Source: Dicyema japonicum
Taxonomy: Eukaryota > Animalia > Dicyemida
NCBI GenBank assembly: GCA_011109175.1
Contig: RDEW01000135.1
Location: 1-49,190, forward strand
Direction: 5' to 3'
Length of the DNA: 49,190 bases
A program made the translations under genes and the position numbers. Positions 1 through 12,320 of the stretch are shown here, piece after piece; position 1 is the stretch's first letter, and every line of letters begins with the position of its first letter. The notes under the pieces were generated by a model, which had not been told where the DNA came from, did not search any database, and saw nothing but the letters and a program-made list of their open reading frames with translations.

Positions 1-84
1 GATGTGCAAAATGCAATAAACAAATATAGCATTTGGCCATACAATAAATCAACTATATTTATCGACCATTGAATTCAATATCTT

Positions 85-347
85 TTCATAGTGGGCGAGG
101 ATGTTTGGGTGTTGTAATAAGCGAGATGGCTTCATCCTTTTGTTAGGTAAATCCGCACGACATTGCAAACAGAAGGGTTTAAGTGGATCCTTTGCAATTC
201 TAATAAAACCATAAGATCAATAGTTATTATATTCTTTTATTTTTTTATCAGGTCACATCGAAAAGTTGCACGCTTTGTTACTTGAATTAATAAAATTTAT
301 TTGTAAATATATCATAATTAAAAAATAGTCCTTGTTGAGAAACACTG
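85..347 (-). mobile_element. hAT (Buster/Charlie/ZBED5-like) left end with BED-finger remnant
   Basis: Minus strand begins CAGTGTTTCTCAAC at 347-334 (hAT-type TIR). About 213-110 translates YGFIRIAKDPLKPFCLQCRADLPNKRMKPSRL, matching the YGF..PxCxxC..N..MKPSxL N-terminus of Buster-type transposases. Degraded. Confidence 0.65.
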
Positions 348-3300
348 CTTTATGTGAAGAATCTTTTAAATTATATCAGGATTTGATCTAACTGCTCACT
401 AACGTAGGTATAAGAAGTATTCCGATCAGCATCCCAAGAGGAGCATGACGCGTCTCACTAGAGATGCCCTCGTGTCATCTGTAGATTGACAATGATTGAT
501 GGTTTTTATATTTTCCACATATGTTCTTGGGTAGACACAAGCAGTTGGCAAATCAATCTCGTTGATCATCAAATCTCAAGCAAAACAAGCTAATGATTCC
601 GGATTTACCTTGCCTTTCCCTAACTCAACCGGACTGAGGTCCTCATTGAAACCGAACTCATATATCAAAGAAATAATAATAATAGTCACTGACTGAGAAT
701 ACTTAAAGCATATTTCCCAAGATCTATATCCAAGTAAAGTATTCTACATATTATCAAAAAGTCTCAACCTCCACTAATGTTAGTCTCTAAACCATTAATA
801 TTCACAAAATATTCAAAAAATGCGGATATAACTAATATTGACTAAAAGTCACAAATTCTTTCGGTTTACATGAGATTAGTTAGCTTACCTATAATATAAG
901 TAAAATGCACTCCCGTGTTACTCATAAGCATATGAATACATAGGTTCCGTTTGTGCTGTGCTCTTCGATATCAGTTCTACCATTTTTCTCCGTGTAACTT
1001 TTGTCTTTCCAAATGCATAAGGTCTCCTGTTTAGTGTTCGAAGCGAGTCGTCTGACGGTGAAAGTAGCAATAGTAAACAGGGTAGAATCGACAGACCGTG
1101 AGTAAAGACATTATTAGAAAGGTGTTAACCACTCATCCAACAAACTAAGAATATATAAACTCTAAATTAGTAAATATTCTTAAAATCAAAAAAAATACTT
1201 AAGAAAAGTAGACAAATAATTCTCAGTCCTTAGGATTTCAATAATATTGACCAAACACAGAGTGGAAGCACTAATTCTTTCATCTTCAAATATAATGATG
1301 TTCTCGGTTTCTCGACAAAAATCAATTTAATCAAATAAAACCACATTTGTGTGTGTTTTCACTATTCCCACAAATAATTTATGCATTGTGTCTATTGGAA
1401 ATGAAATTGGTTATGATTAGTGAGATGTTGAAATAAATGAATATCATCAATTTAGTATAATATTTGCTTATTATCACAATTTATAAAGCTATTAAATTAT
1501 TAAGCCTTTCCCTAGGGAACAGGACACTCTCAGAGGTTAACCACTTATTGTCGAGCCCTGGTGGTCAGGGTAATAAAAGAGATCTTGATAACAAATTGAT
1601 TATGTCCGCATCACAGGCAAGCAAGTTCACTCTGACGGTTGTCGGGAGAAGCAGCTTGTTATTTTACATATTCGACAGATTATTTGGGGTTTTTTTAAAC
1701 ATCAAACACTGACATAGTAATCTTTAAATTTCAGTTCTTAATCAACACACGTGCCCAGATTTGGTTCCTTGTAAATGAATAACAATTTCCTTTTATGGTT
1801 GAATTGAACATTGGTTTCTACACATATCTGACCTCCCTTAAGTCAAAACTTTGGGTTTCCTATGTCTCTCTGGTCAATCACTCATTCATGCTCACGAAAA
1901 AAAGGAAGACAAGGACTTTCGTCCTCAATGAAGCTATGTAGACATATCCTGTTTTTAGTAAATTATTTTAAAATAAATTAGATTTTTTTAATTTTGACAC
2001 TCCACAATATGGAATCATTGACACGTGAACGTGAATTTCTAACAACTCTAAATTTGTGTTTAGTATTAATCTACAAAATATTGTCATTTCACTTTGGGTG
2101 GAGTCTTAATGTTAACAAACCAGAACAACCACGAATATTATATAAATCCCCTATTATAGAATATTACATTGTTATTAAGTTATGATGTGAATACAAGACA
2201 CTAAATGAGTTAACAAGGCGACAGATATATTTTGATTTTATTCAACGATAACGACATATCCTCGCAGCCATACAGACAGCCATAGGAGAATTAATTATTC
2301 GTACCTTGATTCTCAGTCAAATGCCTTGAATTAACTCCATAAAATTACTGGGTGTCAATTTCTGGTTAAAACGTGAACAACATGTGCCCACTAAAAGTGC
2401 GTAGGTTTCCGCAAAAAACACCAAGCGAATATAAGCTGGTTTCTGAATGTCTAGGTAAATGATCAACAAAGTAAGAATAGTTAAATGATCCTTAGTTGCT
2501 AGGTAGTCTATGAGGGTAAGGAGGAAGAACAATTTATATGTCTCACTACAATGTCACTACATCAACCTTATATAATAGTTCAACTTTACATTTATTTCCA
2601 ATCAAAAGGGCAAAATCCACCATTCAGAGATCATCGGGTCCCATAGTGACACAGGAAATACATGGAGGGATAAAGTTATCGCCTAATTAAGTTCTCACAG
2701 TGTCGATATCTCTCTTCCCTCCTCTAAAGCCCTGTGTTTGTCTGCTAAAGGATGGGTTCCTCCTCTCGATTCCCTACATATCGCCTATCTCCTAATATTG
2801 AGGCAAATATTTAAAGTGGCAATCAATTATAATATTAACGATTAAAGTGACAATTAGTAAATCATATTGGCAGTCTCCAAGACAATGTAATTACTATAAT
2901 GCACACCTGTCAGTCTCACATTCTACTATTCACTTGGAGGTTACAATTCCCTCTTTTCCCCAACCACGTGGGATTAATACTCGACAAACGAATATATTTT
3001 AAGCCATTATAATACTACTATGACAGTTGATAATGTACATTACTTAACTAGGAACATCAAACGAAGGAAAGGTCAGCTAAATGAGCACGTGGTCTATAAA
3101 TCAAACAAATAGTACATTTAATGATCAACCTATATCGACCAAAACAGCCCATTTATAAACCAAGTGTTTGTAAATGAAAAGTTGCTAATCTAATTAACCA
3201 AATGGTAGATAAATCAGACACAAAAAGCCCGCCTAATGAGCCAAAAATTAATTATGATTTTTGCAATTCAGATTGAAAACAACAAAAATATTAAATAAAT

Positions 3301-3540
3301 CATAAAATAAGGTTTCAAAAAGAATGTTATATATTAATACTCCAAACATTTGACAGAGACCATTCGAGGGTGATTCGATAGCACAATACTAGTATATGAT
3401 TGACCTATAAATTATTTGCAAGGAAAGTGTTAATGTATAAAGCATAAATAATAGCAATCAATAGCATAAATTAAAAATCGTTATATAGGTTGAAACAAAT
3501 TAAAAAATCTTTAATATGCTGGTGAACCTTTCTAGAAACA

Positions 3541-4239
3541 AAATTTAAGCGGGAAAAATGTTTGTTTAGGTGGAGACCTTATCAAAATGCGTTTAATTGA
3601 AAAAGATGATGAAATACACATTTTAAGGATACAAGACAGTAGGAATATAAAAATAAGTTAGAGGATTTTTAGGGAAGTTGATATAAGCAAAACTTGGTAG
3701 ACTAAGCTCAACATAGCAGAGAAAGCATAGCACGTGCTAAAAAGACAAATCAAGAACCTGAAGCAGCCGAATCAACGGAAGACGGTGATTCAACAGATGG
3801 GCCCTCTATCTGGTAGTTTTGCAGTTCGTTCAAAATTTTTAAACAGGTCTCATGGTGTAATCTCTTTACATTGTTCAAATGCCTTGCTCGATCCAGGTAT
3901 TTTATAGAGAGATCCTACAATGTATAGATAGTCCTACTCTAATTTTGCACGTGGCCTGGTTAAGCACTGATAGAATAGTCTGTCGTCCTCTATTGGTTGG
4001 AGTTAAATCTCTAAGCAGTTCAAGCTGTTTTTTTAGTTTTTTACGCCTAAAAATTACAAGTAAAAAATTCATGACAAAATTAAAAGTAAATAAAATATAC
4101 GTAAGTTTTTGCTTGCAAACTACAAGTAATCGAATTAAGCGGGAAAATTAGTTTGTTTGAGTTAACGTATATAGGATGTTTTGTTTAAAAAACATTTAGT
4201 CTTGGTAAAACTCAAATGAATAAAAGTTAGGCGGGAAAA
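3541..4239. promoter_or_regulatory. Three E2F-like GCGGGAAAA motifs around and inside the MXD-like gene
   Basis: GCGGGAAAA at 3549, 4139 and 4231. The first two sit in a shared ~28-nt context (AATT[T]AAGCGGGAAAA..GTTTGTTT). Confidence 0.3.
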
Positions 4240-4918
4240 ATAGTTAATTTACGTGGCAATGCTTATAAGAATATTTTTGGAGTGGAAAATAATATATACA
4301 CAATCTTATCTAATAGACTGCCAATTAAGATAAAAACATGGAATTAGTCGAAATATATAATAGCCAAAAAGTATACCAATAGATAATAAAAGTGATATTT
4401 CAATAGGCAAATGAAAACTTGAAAGAAAAGTGGCAAATTAAAAGTATTGACGACTGAGCGGCATAATTGATCGAAATGTATGATATCGCGTGCATAGCGA
4501 TCGCACGCAAATGAATAATGAGAATCAATTTAAATATCCACAAACCTACTTCTCTCCATCACACAATGTATAGATTCTTTCTGTCTAGCAGTAAAAAATT
4601 AATATACATAATCGGACTAAAACGATCTATATCTACGAACAGAGGGCATGGGTAAAATGAAGGCTGACGTTGTGCAAGCGTCCTTATTTGAGTATCATCT
4701 CTCGGAGACGATTCCTCCAGAACTTGCGTTTCTCGCTCGATCGGCGTCTCTTCCAGAGATCGGGTGGGCGATTGGGAAGATTCTTGTTTGGTTATCCTAG
4801 CCACTTGCAGCCTTGCGAAATCCTCGTTATTTTCAATTAGAGCGGCCGCTCGCAGTAGAGTGTCAAACATAGAGCAAGTTTGTTTGAGAACAGTAGTGGG
4901 TAAACTCGAACCATCCAT
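3750..4918 (-). CDS. MXD: MXD/MNT-family bHLH-Zip transcriptional repressor, 4 exons (~207 aa)
   Basis: Exons 4918-4608, 4584-4546, 4046-3938, 3914-3750; GT-AG introns of 23, 499 and 23 nt. SID-like MFDTLLRAAALIE, then basic region HCVMERSR|R (H5-E9-R13), helix-loop-helix KKLKKQLELLRDLTP..RQTILSVLNQATCKIR|, zipper and Ser-rich tail. The frame stays open after splicing. The start could instead be 4870. Assignment is family-level only. Confidence 0.85.
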
Positions 4919-7129
4919 CAAGCAAGCCAGCGGGCAATTACATTTATATGAAACAATGACGTCATCGATAAACGAATAATATTTCGCTTCTTTTTGGCTA
5001 ATAAATCACGTGAATAATTTGGCGATTACATTATTAAGTTATGCTTCAGTAGTGTTGCTTATTGATATGCTTGAATAAAGCGTTAGTAAACCGCAAATTG
5101 TTTATTTTCGTTTGCGATTAAATTGAGGTGGTTTTGTAAGCATCTGATTAATTTCGTTATTTTCTGTAATTTTAGTAATTATTTGAATATAATGATTATG
5201 CAATTCTAGTTAATCCGATTTAATGGATCTTAATTTCACGGAGTAATCCTATGAATTATTAACAATCACTACAAAATTAGGCAGTAAACAGTTATTCATT
5301 TGAAAGTGGTGGAAATTCTTGTTAATTGAAGAATTATTCAAATTGAATCAAAAATGCCTAAAATAAGCTTCCAGGCAAAGCATATTAGTCAAATATAAAT
5401 TTTAATGTTCACAAAACACTCATTAGGAAGAGTATTCGATTTCTTCCAAGGAGTCAATGTATCAATCAAATGTACAAAATAAGGTTTGATAAAATGCATA
5501 ATTAGTAAAGCTCATTCATCCATGGTAGTTTCCACATTGGAGTATAAACAATCTTAATGACCCTTAATGAATTCTAAGGATCATGATATTATCGATGACC
5601 ATTGAACAAACAGAATTTACTTAAATCTAATAAATCCATACATTTATAATTTCGATTTTCATTGATTAATTAAATATGAAGTGACAAGCATCCAACAGAG
5701 TTGACACACTAAACTACACCACTAAAATGCACGTGCTTATCAAAAAATAAATTATTAATTTATTATAATCTGATATTAATTTACATCCTGTGTTTTTATG
5801 TTAATCTCATTCATGTGACTTAGCAAAGGTAAAGGAACGTCTGTATTTTTGACTAACTGAAATGACTTTTCGTTAGATTCTTGTGGTTAAAAATTCAAGA
5901 TAGACGTAGACACGTGTAAAATAGGCAAACTCACGTGAAAACATTCATTATTAAAATTTTTATTTGATTTTAAAAAATAATTGTTATTAATTATAATTTA
6001 TAATTATTATAAATAAATAAAATTTAAAACAGAAACTGTTTATCCTTAATCGTCGTTTTGGAAACAAAGCAGATACACTTCTGTCAGTCAGGTCGTAGAG
6101 ACTTTGATTAATTTACCGGTTGCTCTATTTTGTTGGTCTAAAATGGAGATGGATAATGTTTTAAAAATCTTAGTCAAACCATCAATTAGTTAATTGGTTT
6201 TATTCTCTAATGCATTAGAAAGGAATAAGTTCTGAGAATCTCAAAAATCTAAGATAATCGTTTGCCCATCTTAATCCAATAATCACAAAGGCATAATTAA
6301 AGATCAATATAATTCCATTTACGTGTCCATCAATGAAAATATTTTATTCATTTTAGATTAACCTACTTAATTCTATTAAAGACAAATGAGTTTAGTGCAA
6401 TCAATCAGTAATTATAATGTACTTTAATATTTCATCAAGTTACTAAGTATTACTTCGTTTATATTAGGCTATGGTTGTCATAAAATTATGGATTATTATA
6501 TTGAATAGTGGTTCTCATTCATAATTATTAGTCAGTCTTAGTAAAATCTGTCAATGGTAGAGTTTATTCACATGGCAATGTCTTTATTTCCTTATGTTAG
6601 ATATAACCCCTCGTTCCTACTTGCTCGATGGATTCCTTTCTGTTCTTTATACTCTTTGTTTTATAAGAAGAGTGATGGGGTATATTTAATACGGGAGACG
6701 CTCAGTGACTGACATTTAAAAAGGATCCCTTCCTTCCCTAGTCCAGTGAAGGAATTCGAGTTGAACCTTTAATTGTGGATGGAATCAAATTTTGGAAAAA
6801 TCGTCTTTTTGGACTTGACTATTACTAAAATTGTCTGATTATTCTTACATAATGTTCCGGTGATAAACAAAAAGTCCCTGATCTTCCTCAGGGAACTCTG
6901 ACTTATTAGCTCACTCAATAGCTAGCAAAACTCGATGGCTTATCCAACTGGTCTGCATAGAGATTTTACGGAAACCCCAGTAAAACCAATATTATAATAG
7001 CTTCTATACCTTCTCCTCTTAGAAGAGGAGTCGTTGACCTGAAACCCAGCAGTTTCCTCCTCACCGGGTTGCCTGGCACTTCATCGAACTGATTTGCAAT
7101 TCGACATGTGATTCGTTGCTGTAACCAAA

Positions 7130-7500
7130 TCTAGTGTTTACTCTGTGTATATACTCCACCAACATGCTCTCCAAAGTCTTCTTTAGGACAACGGATTGAA
7201 TGTATGTATTAGTTGGTGCATCGATGGCTCCCAAGTGAGATTTATAAACCTTCGAAACGACACAGTCCCACGTTAGAACAATAAGGATGACTTTGTTTGG
7301 ATCACCATACAGTAGTTGAGCTATCCAGTCAATAAATCGTGATTATGCAACTTTTCTACTTTATTTTGCTTCAATAATTCTTGAGAAGTAATTCCAACTT
7401 TGATAAGTACAATTTCATTCTCCACCTTATCGTACGAATAAGATTTATTGAACCTGAATTTGTATCTGTCTTTGTACTAGTATCTCCTAAATCTTTATTG
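7130..7500 (-). mobile_element. Degraded REL-endonuclease fragment of the same non-LTR family as 16059-16997
   Basis: Translates DKVENEIVLIKVGITSQELLK..VEKLHNHDLL*, VLTWDCVVSKVYKSHL and YIQSVVLKKTLESM, colinear with the intact copy at 16.5-16.9 kb. Contains stops and frameshifts. Confidence 0.8.
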
Positions 7501-8096
7501 GTACATCTTAACAAATCAATATATCAAGAATTAGTTACGTTTGAATGAATAATCGAACTTAAAGTGTTATTCACAACAAACTCAATGCTAATGTCACAAG
7601 ATAATACTGAATACTGTAAGAGACAGTTTTGGAGTGCAGGGTTGTGAAAATTGACTAGGGGAGATGCAGAGGTATTACCAGAGTAATACATGTATTAAGG
7701 ACAGATATTCCACAGCCCGTACAAGTCAGTCAAGTGAATAAACTGATTCTGTTGACTTTCTGTAATAGTGAGTAATATTCAGCATTCTATCTTTACTAAT
7801 AATATGCTATATTCTCTCAACTATTTAATATTACACGAATTCAGTAGCAGTTGACAAGTATTGGTGCTTCTACATAACAATATTTATTCCTGTATGATAT
7901 TACTGATGATAGGGGATCTCCAGATATATTTAACTTTACTATTTGATATCAGTTACCGTAGAACACTTGCAACAGATTCTCCACAACCCACTATATACCT
8001 TGACATCCTGGTGTACAAAGCAGAACCCACGTGTGATAATGGCCACTACAATGCCAAAATGATAAAGTTTAACAGTTATTGGTAAAGTATTATAAA

Positions 8097-9955
8097 CTAA
8101 TTATAGTGAAAGAACCCTTCAAAATATCCCTTCAACTGTCTGTAAGCATTCTCAATGTTATCTCTAATAATAAAGCTCACAACCAATCTCCACTACAAAA
8201 TCAAAGAATCCCTCATTTTGGTCACTATATTGTCTGCACTCTCTATTTCTGATGATAGCTTCACTCATCTCGTCGTCTGATAAGACTGCCTTTTGTCGCA
8301 TTAACTGCACGTGGGATTCGCTGCCTGCAAAAACTATCAGAATTAGTTTTGGCTGCCAGAACGACTGTTTTAGGCCTAAAACGCCTTCCAGGTCCATTTG
8401 CGCCAAAGCAGCCATCCCAGAAGCTGCCACAGCGTTAACAACCTGATGTTGTAGGCCAAAATACTCCCCTGCACACGTGACTGACTGAACAACAGACCCC
8501 TAAAATAATGATCTCAACAACCTCAGTAACAGCACGTCTAAATGAGCTTCTGGAGACAAAATAGTACTCCATTCCATCTTTCTCAAAGGAGTACGGCTGT
8601 CTCGTTGTGTGAGACGGACTAATTGTGTGAGAAATGCAAGAAACGTGTATTTCAAGTAATCCCTGAACTCTTCTTCCAATCTGAGACAGAGTAGCTTCTT
8701 ACAAGCTCCTGGGGGACCCACTAAAACGAATAGAGGGTAGGGAATATGAAATTCTGAGATAGTACTAACATTATTAGAACACTCACGTGGGATTTATTTG
8801 ATCGACTAGATCGAGATTGTGTAGAACTTGACTTCCTATGGTCACTAGCTGCGAGAAATTGCTTTGGGGGACAAAAATACAGTTTAGCGGCGACCTTAAT
8901 AAATTTACGCGGCACTTTGATTTCATTAGAAAGACTCGTGGAGTCGAGTTCTTCAAGTTGGAGGAGGTTGAAGATCACCAAAAGAGGATAATCCGGCAGC
9001 TCATTGATTGGGTTTCCACTCAAGTGAGTTTGAAGAGGAGACGGAGATGTCGAATGCAGTCTATTTGGCGGATATCCGTGATCTGCAAATTATCACGGAA
9101 AAAACGTTGTTTTTTTCAAGGCTTAGGTAAACAAGAGAAGAGGATTCCTGAAGAGGTTCAAGCAAGGAAATTCGATTCACCCCAATCTTAAGTCCTAATA
9201 TATTAGAGATCGAATTTGAGGGAACTATTAAATAAGGGAAATTTCCAAGGCCGGTGATTTCAGTGATTTTTATTATTTTCCTAAGAATTTAAGCTTAATT
9301 CAAACTAAGTTGAGTTTCCTTAGTGTAACAGCTCTGATTCTTGGCATTTCCGTTAGTTGATTACGGGAAATATCCACGGATTCTAAAAGACAACAATTTT
9401 CGATCCCCACAACTGCTTGAATTTGATTTTCTAAAAAACGTCAACTTGTAAAATACGGCTGAAATTTATCTCTTCCAAAGATCTTAGTTTGGCCAGAAAT
9501 GAGGTTTCTACAAGCTGGTTGGAAGAGAGGTTCAGTTTTCGTAGGTAAATGAGTTCACTAAGCCACGTGGCGTCAGAAATGAGATTGTTAGAGAGATCCA
9601 AGTCAGTTAAATATTTCAGACCGACTATAAACTCTAAATCTAGCAACCATTTGTAAAATATATAGTACTCGTAATTCTGTTGTTTTTCATATTCAGATTT
9701 TCTATAAATTCATATTCTGTTAGAAAATAAGGGATTTGGATGTTTTTGTCCTCAATGTTATATAAAACCTCATACATGGGCGTTCAGTCGTCTGAATGAA
9801 TAATGAACTCCGTCTGCCGCCAATCCAAAGTCGTAGGCTTCAAAAGCTTGTATATCCTCAGAGTCTTCATATACCTGACCTTCTATCTCTTTCTGATCTT
9901 CTAGGTTGTGTATCTCCGGAGATTGTAGTGATACGTTTTCCTGTATCGTTTCCAT
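8097..9955 (-). CDS. LRGUK: Leucine-rich repeat and guanylate kinase domain protein (LRGUK), ~12 exons, four apparent frameshifts
   Basis: After removing 11 introns of 21-31 nt: an LRR array (LTDLDLSNNLI, LRKLNLSSNQL, KLTLSGNPINE), linker VAAKLYFCPPKQFLAASDH, PYPLFVLVGPPGACK (P-loop), SHTTRQPYSFEKDGMEYYFVS, QMDLEGVLGLKQSFWQPKLILI and GFFDFVVEIDNIENAYRQL. This is colinear with vertebrate LRGUK as recalled. Indels near 9269, 9181, 9022 and 8837. The 3' end is uncertain. Confidence 0.85.
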
Positions 9956-10149
9956 GGTGACTGTGCCTAATTTTGATTCAAATTAAAATATTTCCTAAAA
10001 GTTTTCTTCCGAAGAGTAAAACTTGAATAAATGAATTATAAATTTAAAAATTAGTTGTCGAATGAATTTCTTATAACTGAAGAACCTCCACAGCCCATGT
10101 ATACTCAACGATCCTGCATCCCATACAAGAACACCTACTCGACGTAACG

Positions 10150-11300
10150 ATAACCTTCTTTATCGACATCTCACTGTCATCACCGTGACAGTGTCAACAC
10201 CTTGTCTCTTCTTATTGACTGGTCAGTGAAAAATGACACCAGGAGTTACCACAATCCAATATTTTTGGGGGCCAAAACGAAGTAACGGATAAAAGGACAA
10301 TGCCCAACGATAACTAGTTACAGCTTTGCAAATTGGTGAGGATTCAAGAATTACGTCGATAATTGCATTGGACTACTATATTTCCCCACTCCTTCCTCCG
10401 TCGAACAATTAGTGAAATGGTTCAACTCCACAATAAACGCTGCTAAAAAAGTACATTCCTATGGGGAGGCAACCTACGTCATCAAAACGCTTCAGCACAA
10501 CGACGAAACATCTGATCAGAGAACGAAATAATCTAAAGATGGTAAAATCGCCAACAGAAGAGAACATTAGGAAAATACGAAAACTGAACAGAGAGATCGA
10601 CAAGAACATAAAGGCAGAAAATGAAAATAGATGAAAGAGACTATCAAAGGCTCTCTGAAAGAACCCCCAATGCAGAGAGTCTGGAAGTGGATCAAGAACA
10701 TCAAAAGATCCTCCTCAGAGAGAAAAGTCGAAGCCTACATAAAACCAGACACTCTGATAAAATATTATACGTCTATCTCCGACAAGAAGTTTTCAAAAGA
10801 ACACCAAGTATTCCTGTAACTTCTGCTCTGAGGAAAATGAGAATTTTAAAAGTGCTCTCAAAAACACTTAGAGACCAAACTGGTGTCCTTGCCACAATTA
10901 ATAAACGATTTATCCGACCAACGATGATGTATGCAAGTCCTTCATGGGCAATGCAGATTTCACGATCCTCCTCATTGAAACTATCAGCAATCGAGGAGAC
11001 TGCAATAAGGTTAATTGGACCAGAACACAAAATCCAGTCCATTGAATATTTCTTAATCGAATTACAACAGAAACTCTTAAAGGAGGCTAGTTTACCGAGC
11101 TGCCCTCTATTCCATACACTATCGAAATATCTACAATCATACAGAAAATTTGAGCCGATGTCATGTCCGATGAGAAGAGCTTTCAGGATTCTCGACCCCA
11201 CCGGACTCGTCCTCTTCTTTGTCGGTCTAGGATCACTTAGTTAAATGAGAACTTTTATTTCTTTCTTTTTAACCCAGTGATCCTGAAGGTAATAATAATA
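10150..11300 (+). mobile_element. Internally deleted I-group (Jockey/Ingi-like) LINE
   Basis: Post-endonuclease linker (WKWIKNIKR) is joined almost directly to the post-RT region (KMRILKVLS..FIRPTMMYASPSW). RT core motifs are absent. The 3' UTR ends in a (TAA)n tail near 11290-11300. Confidence 0.7.
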
Positions 11301-12320
11301 TAACTGAATATCTCATTATTTATTATTTATAGTTTTGATAAAAGATAGTCTCTCCATCATGTAGTTATCTGTAGTCAATGACGTATTAGTTCCATGTGCA
11401 GTCATCTACCATATCACCAACGAAATATTAATTTCATGTGCAGTTAGCTACAATGTGTGAAAATCCTGACATAACTGATACTTCTTTACATGGTCGTTAA
11501 TTCCAGTCACGTTGAATGAACCGAGAATATTTGATAGACGATAAAGTGGAATAGAAGCACCACCTCTAAGGTTATCATAATAATCATTTAATCATAAATT
11601 TTAATAGATTGTCATACTAGTAATAACAACATTCGTAAAATAACAAAAATATACTGCTGGACTTATTTAGATTTTCAAGTAACAACTATAGGGAGAATTC
11701 CTTAATCAGAGTAAAAGATAAGAGATTTTTTGGCATCTGTCAAGCAAAGGACTTTTTCTGAGTTAACAGAAAGCATAAATAAATCTTTCTACAACTAGGT
11801 ACTAATGTCAGAATAAATGACAGCGACAGCGCTGACAACTCATCATAATAATGCACATTCGCAACAACAAGAGAGTTAATCAATTGATATCGCTTGTGCC
11901 GCACCCTGGACACTCTTTGCCTTCAGACGCCTCTACGCTCCTTTTAGATTGCGATTTTTCGAGGTCGTCTAAAACATCAAGATTTTCAAATCGGTTTTTG
12001 AATTTTTTAGGTCGTTATTAAAGGTCAGATGAAGCACTAATCAATACGTTACCTAATCGATAAACGGAATTTTTAAATAATAATGATAATAACACCAGAG
12101 ACCAAGGTTACACAAACTAACTGATCACGTGATCCCAGCAGGCACTAGCTCATTTCGGCCCAATGCTCCTCCTCGACCCCACACAAGAACGTATCAGTCG
12201 AGTGACTGGACCATCGCAGTCAGATAATAAATAAATTAGATTTATAAATTAAAACTAAAAATTTTTTAATAAAAATTTTTTATTAATTCAAATAATCGTA
12301 TAACGTTATTGTGACTTATC

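Noticed and set aside
1330-1410. PIDTMHKLFVGIVK, resembling a CACTA/Mirage transposase motif
   Set aside because: One short motif followed by a stop, with no other supporting blocks.
1464-2532. Short ORFs in the track (1464, 1994, 2317) as genes
   Set aside because: No recognisable motifs, and no splice model gave a convincing protein.
3586-3810. Plus-strand mini-gene ending ..STEDGDSTDGPSIW
   Set aside because: Largely the antisense shadow of the last MXD-like exon, and the candidate splices give stops.
8721-8727. TTTTAG as an LRGUK acceptor before GPPGACK
   Set aside because: The sequence reads through as PYPLFVLVGPPG, matching the homologous P-loop approach, so no intron is needed.
11800-12010. 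Minus-strand ECPGCGTSDI zinc-ribbon-like peptide (TFIIB/BRF-like) divergent from actin
   Set aside because: Immediately followed by a stop. I could not build a consistent spliced model or start codon.
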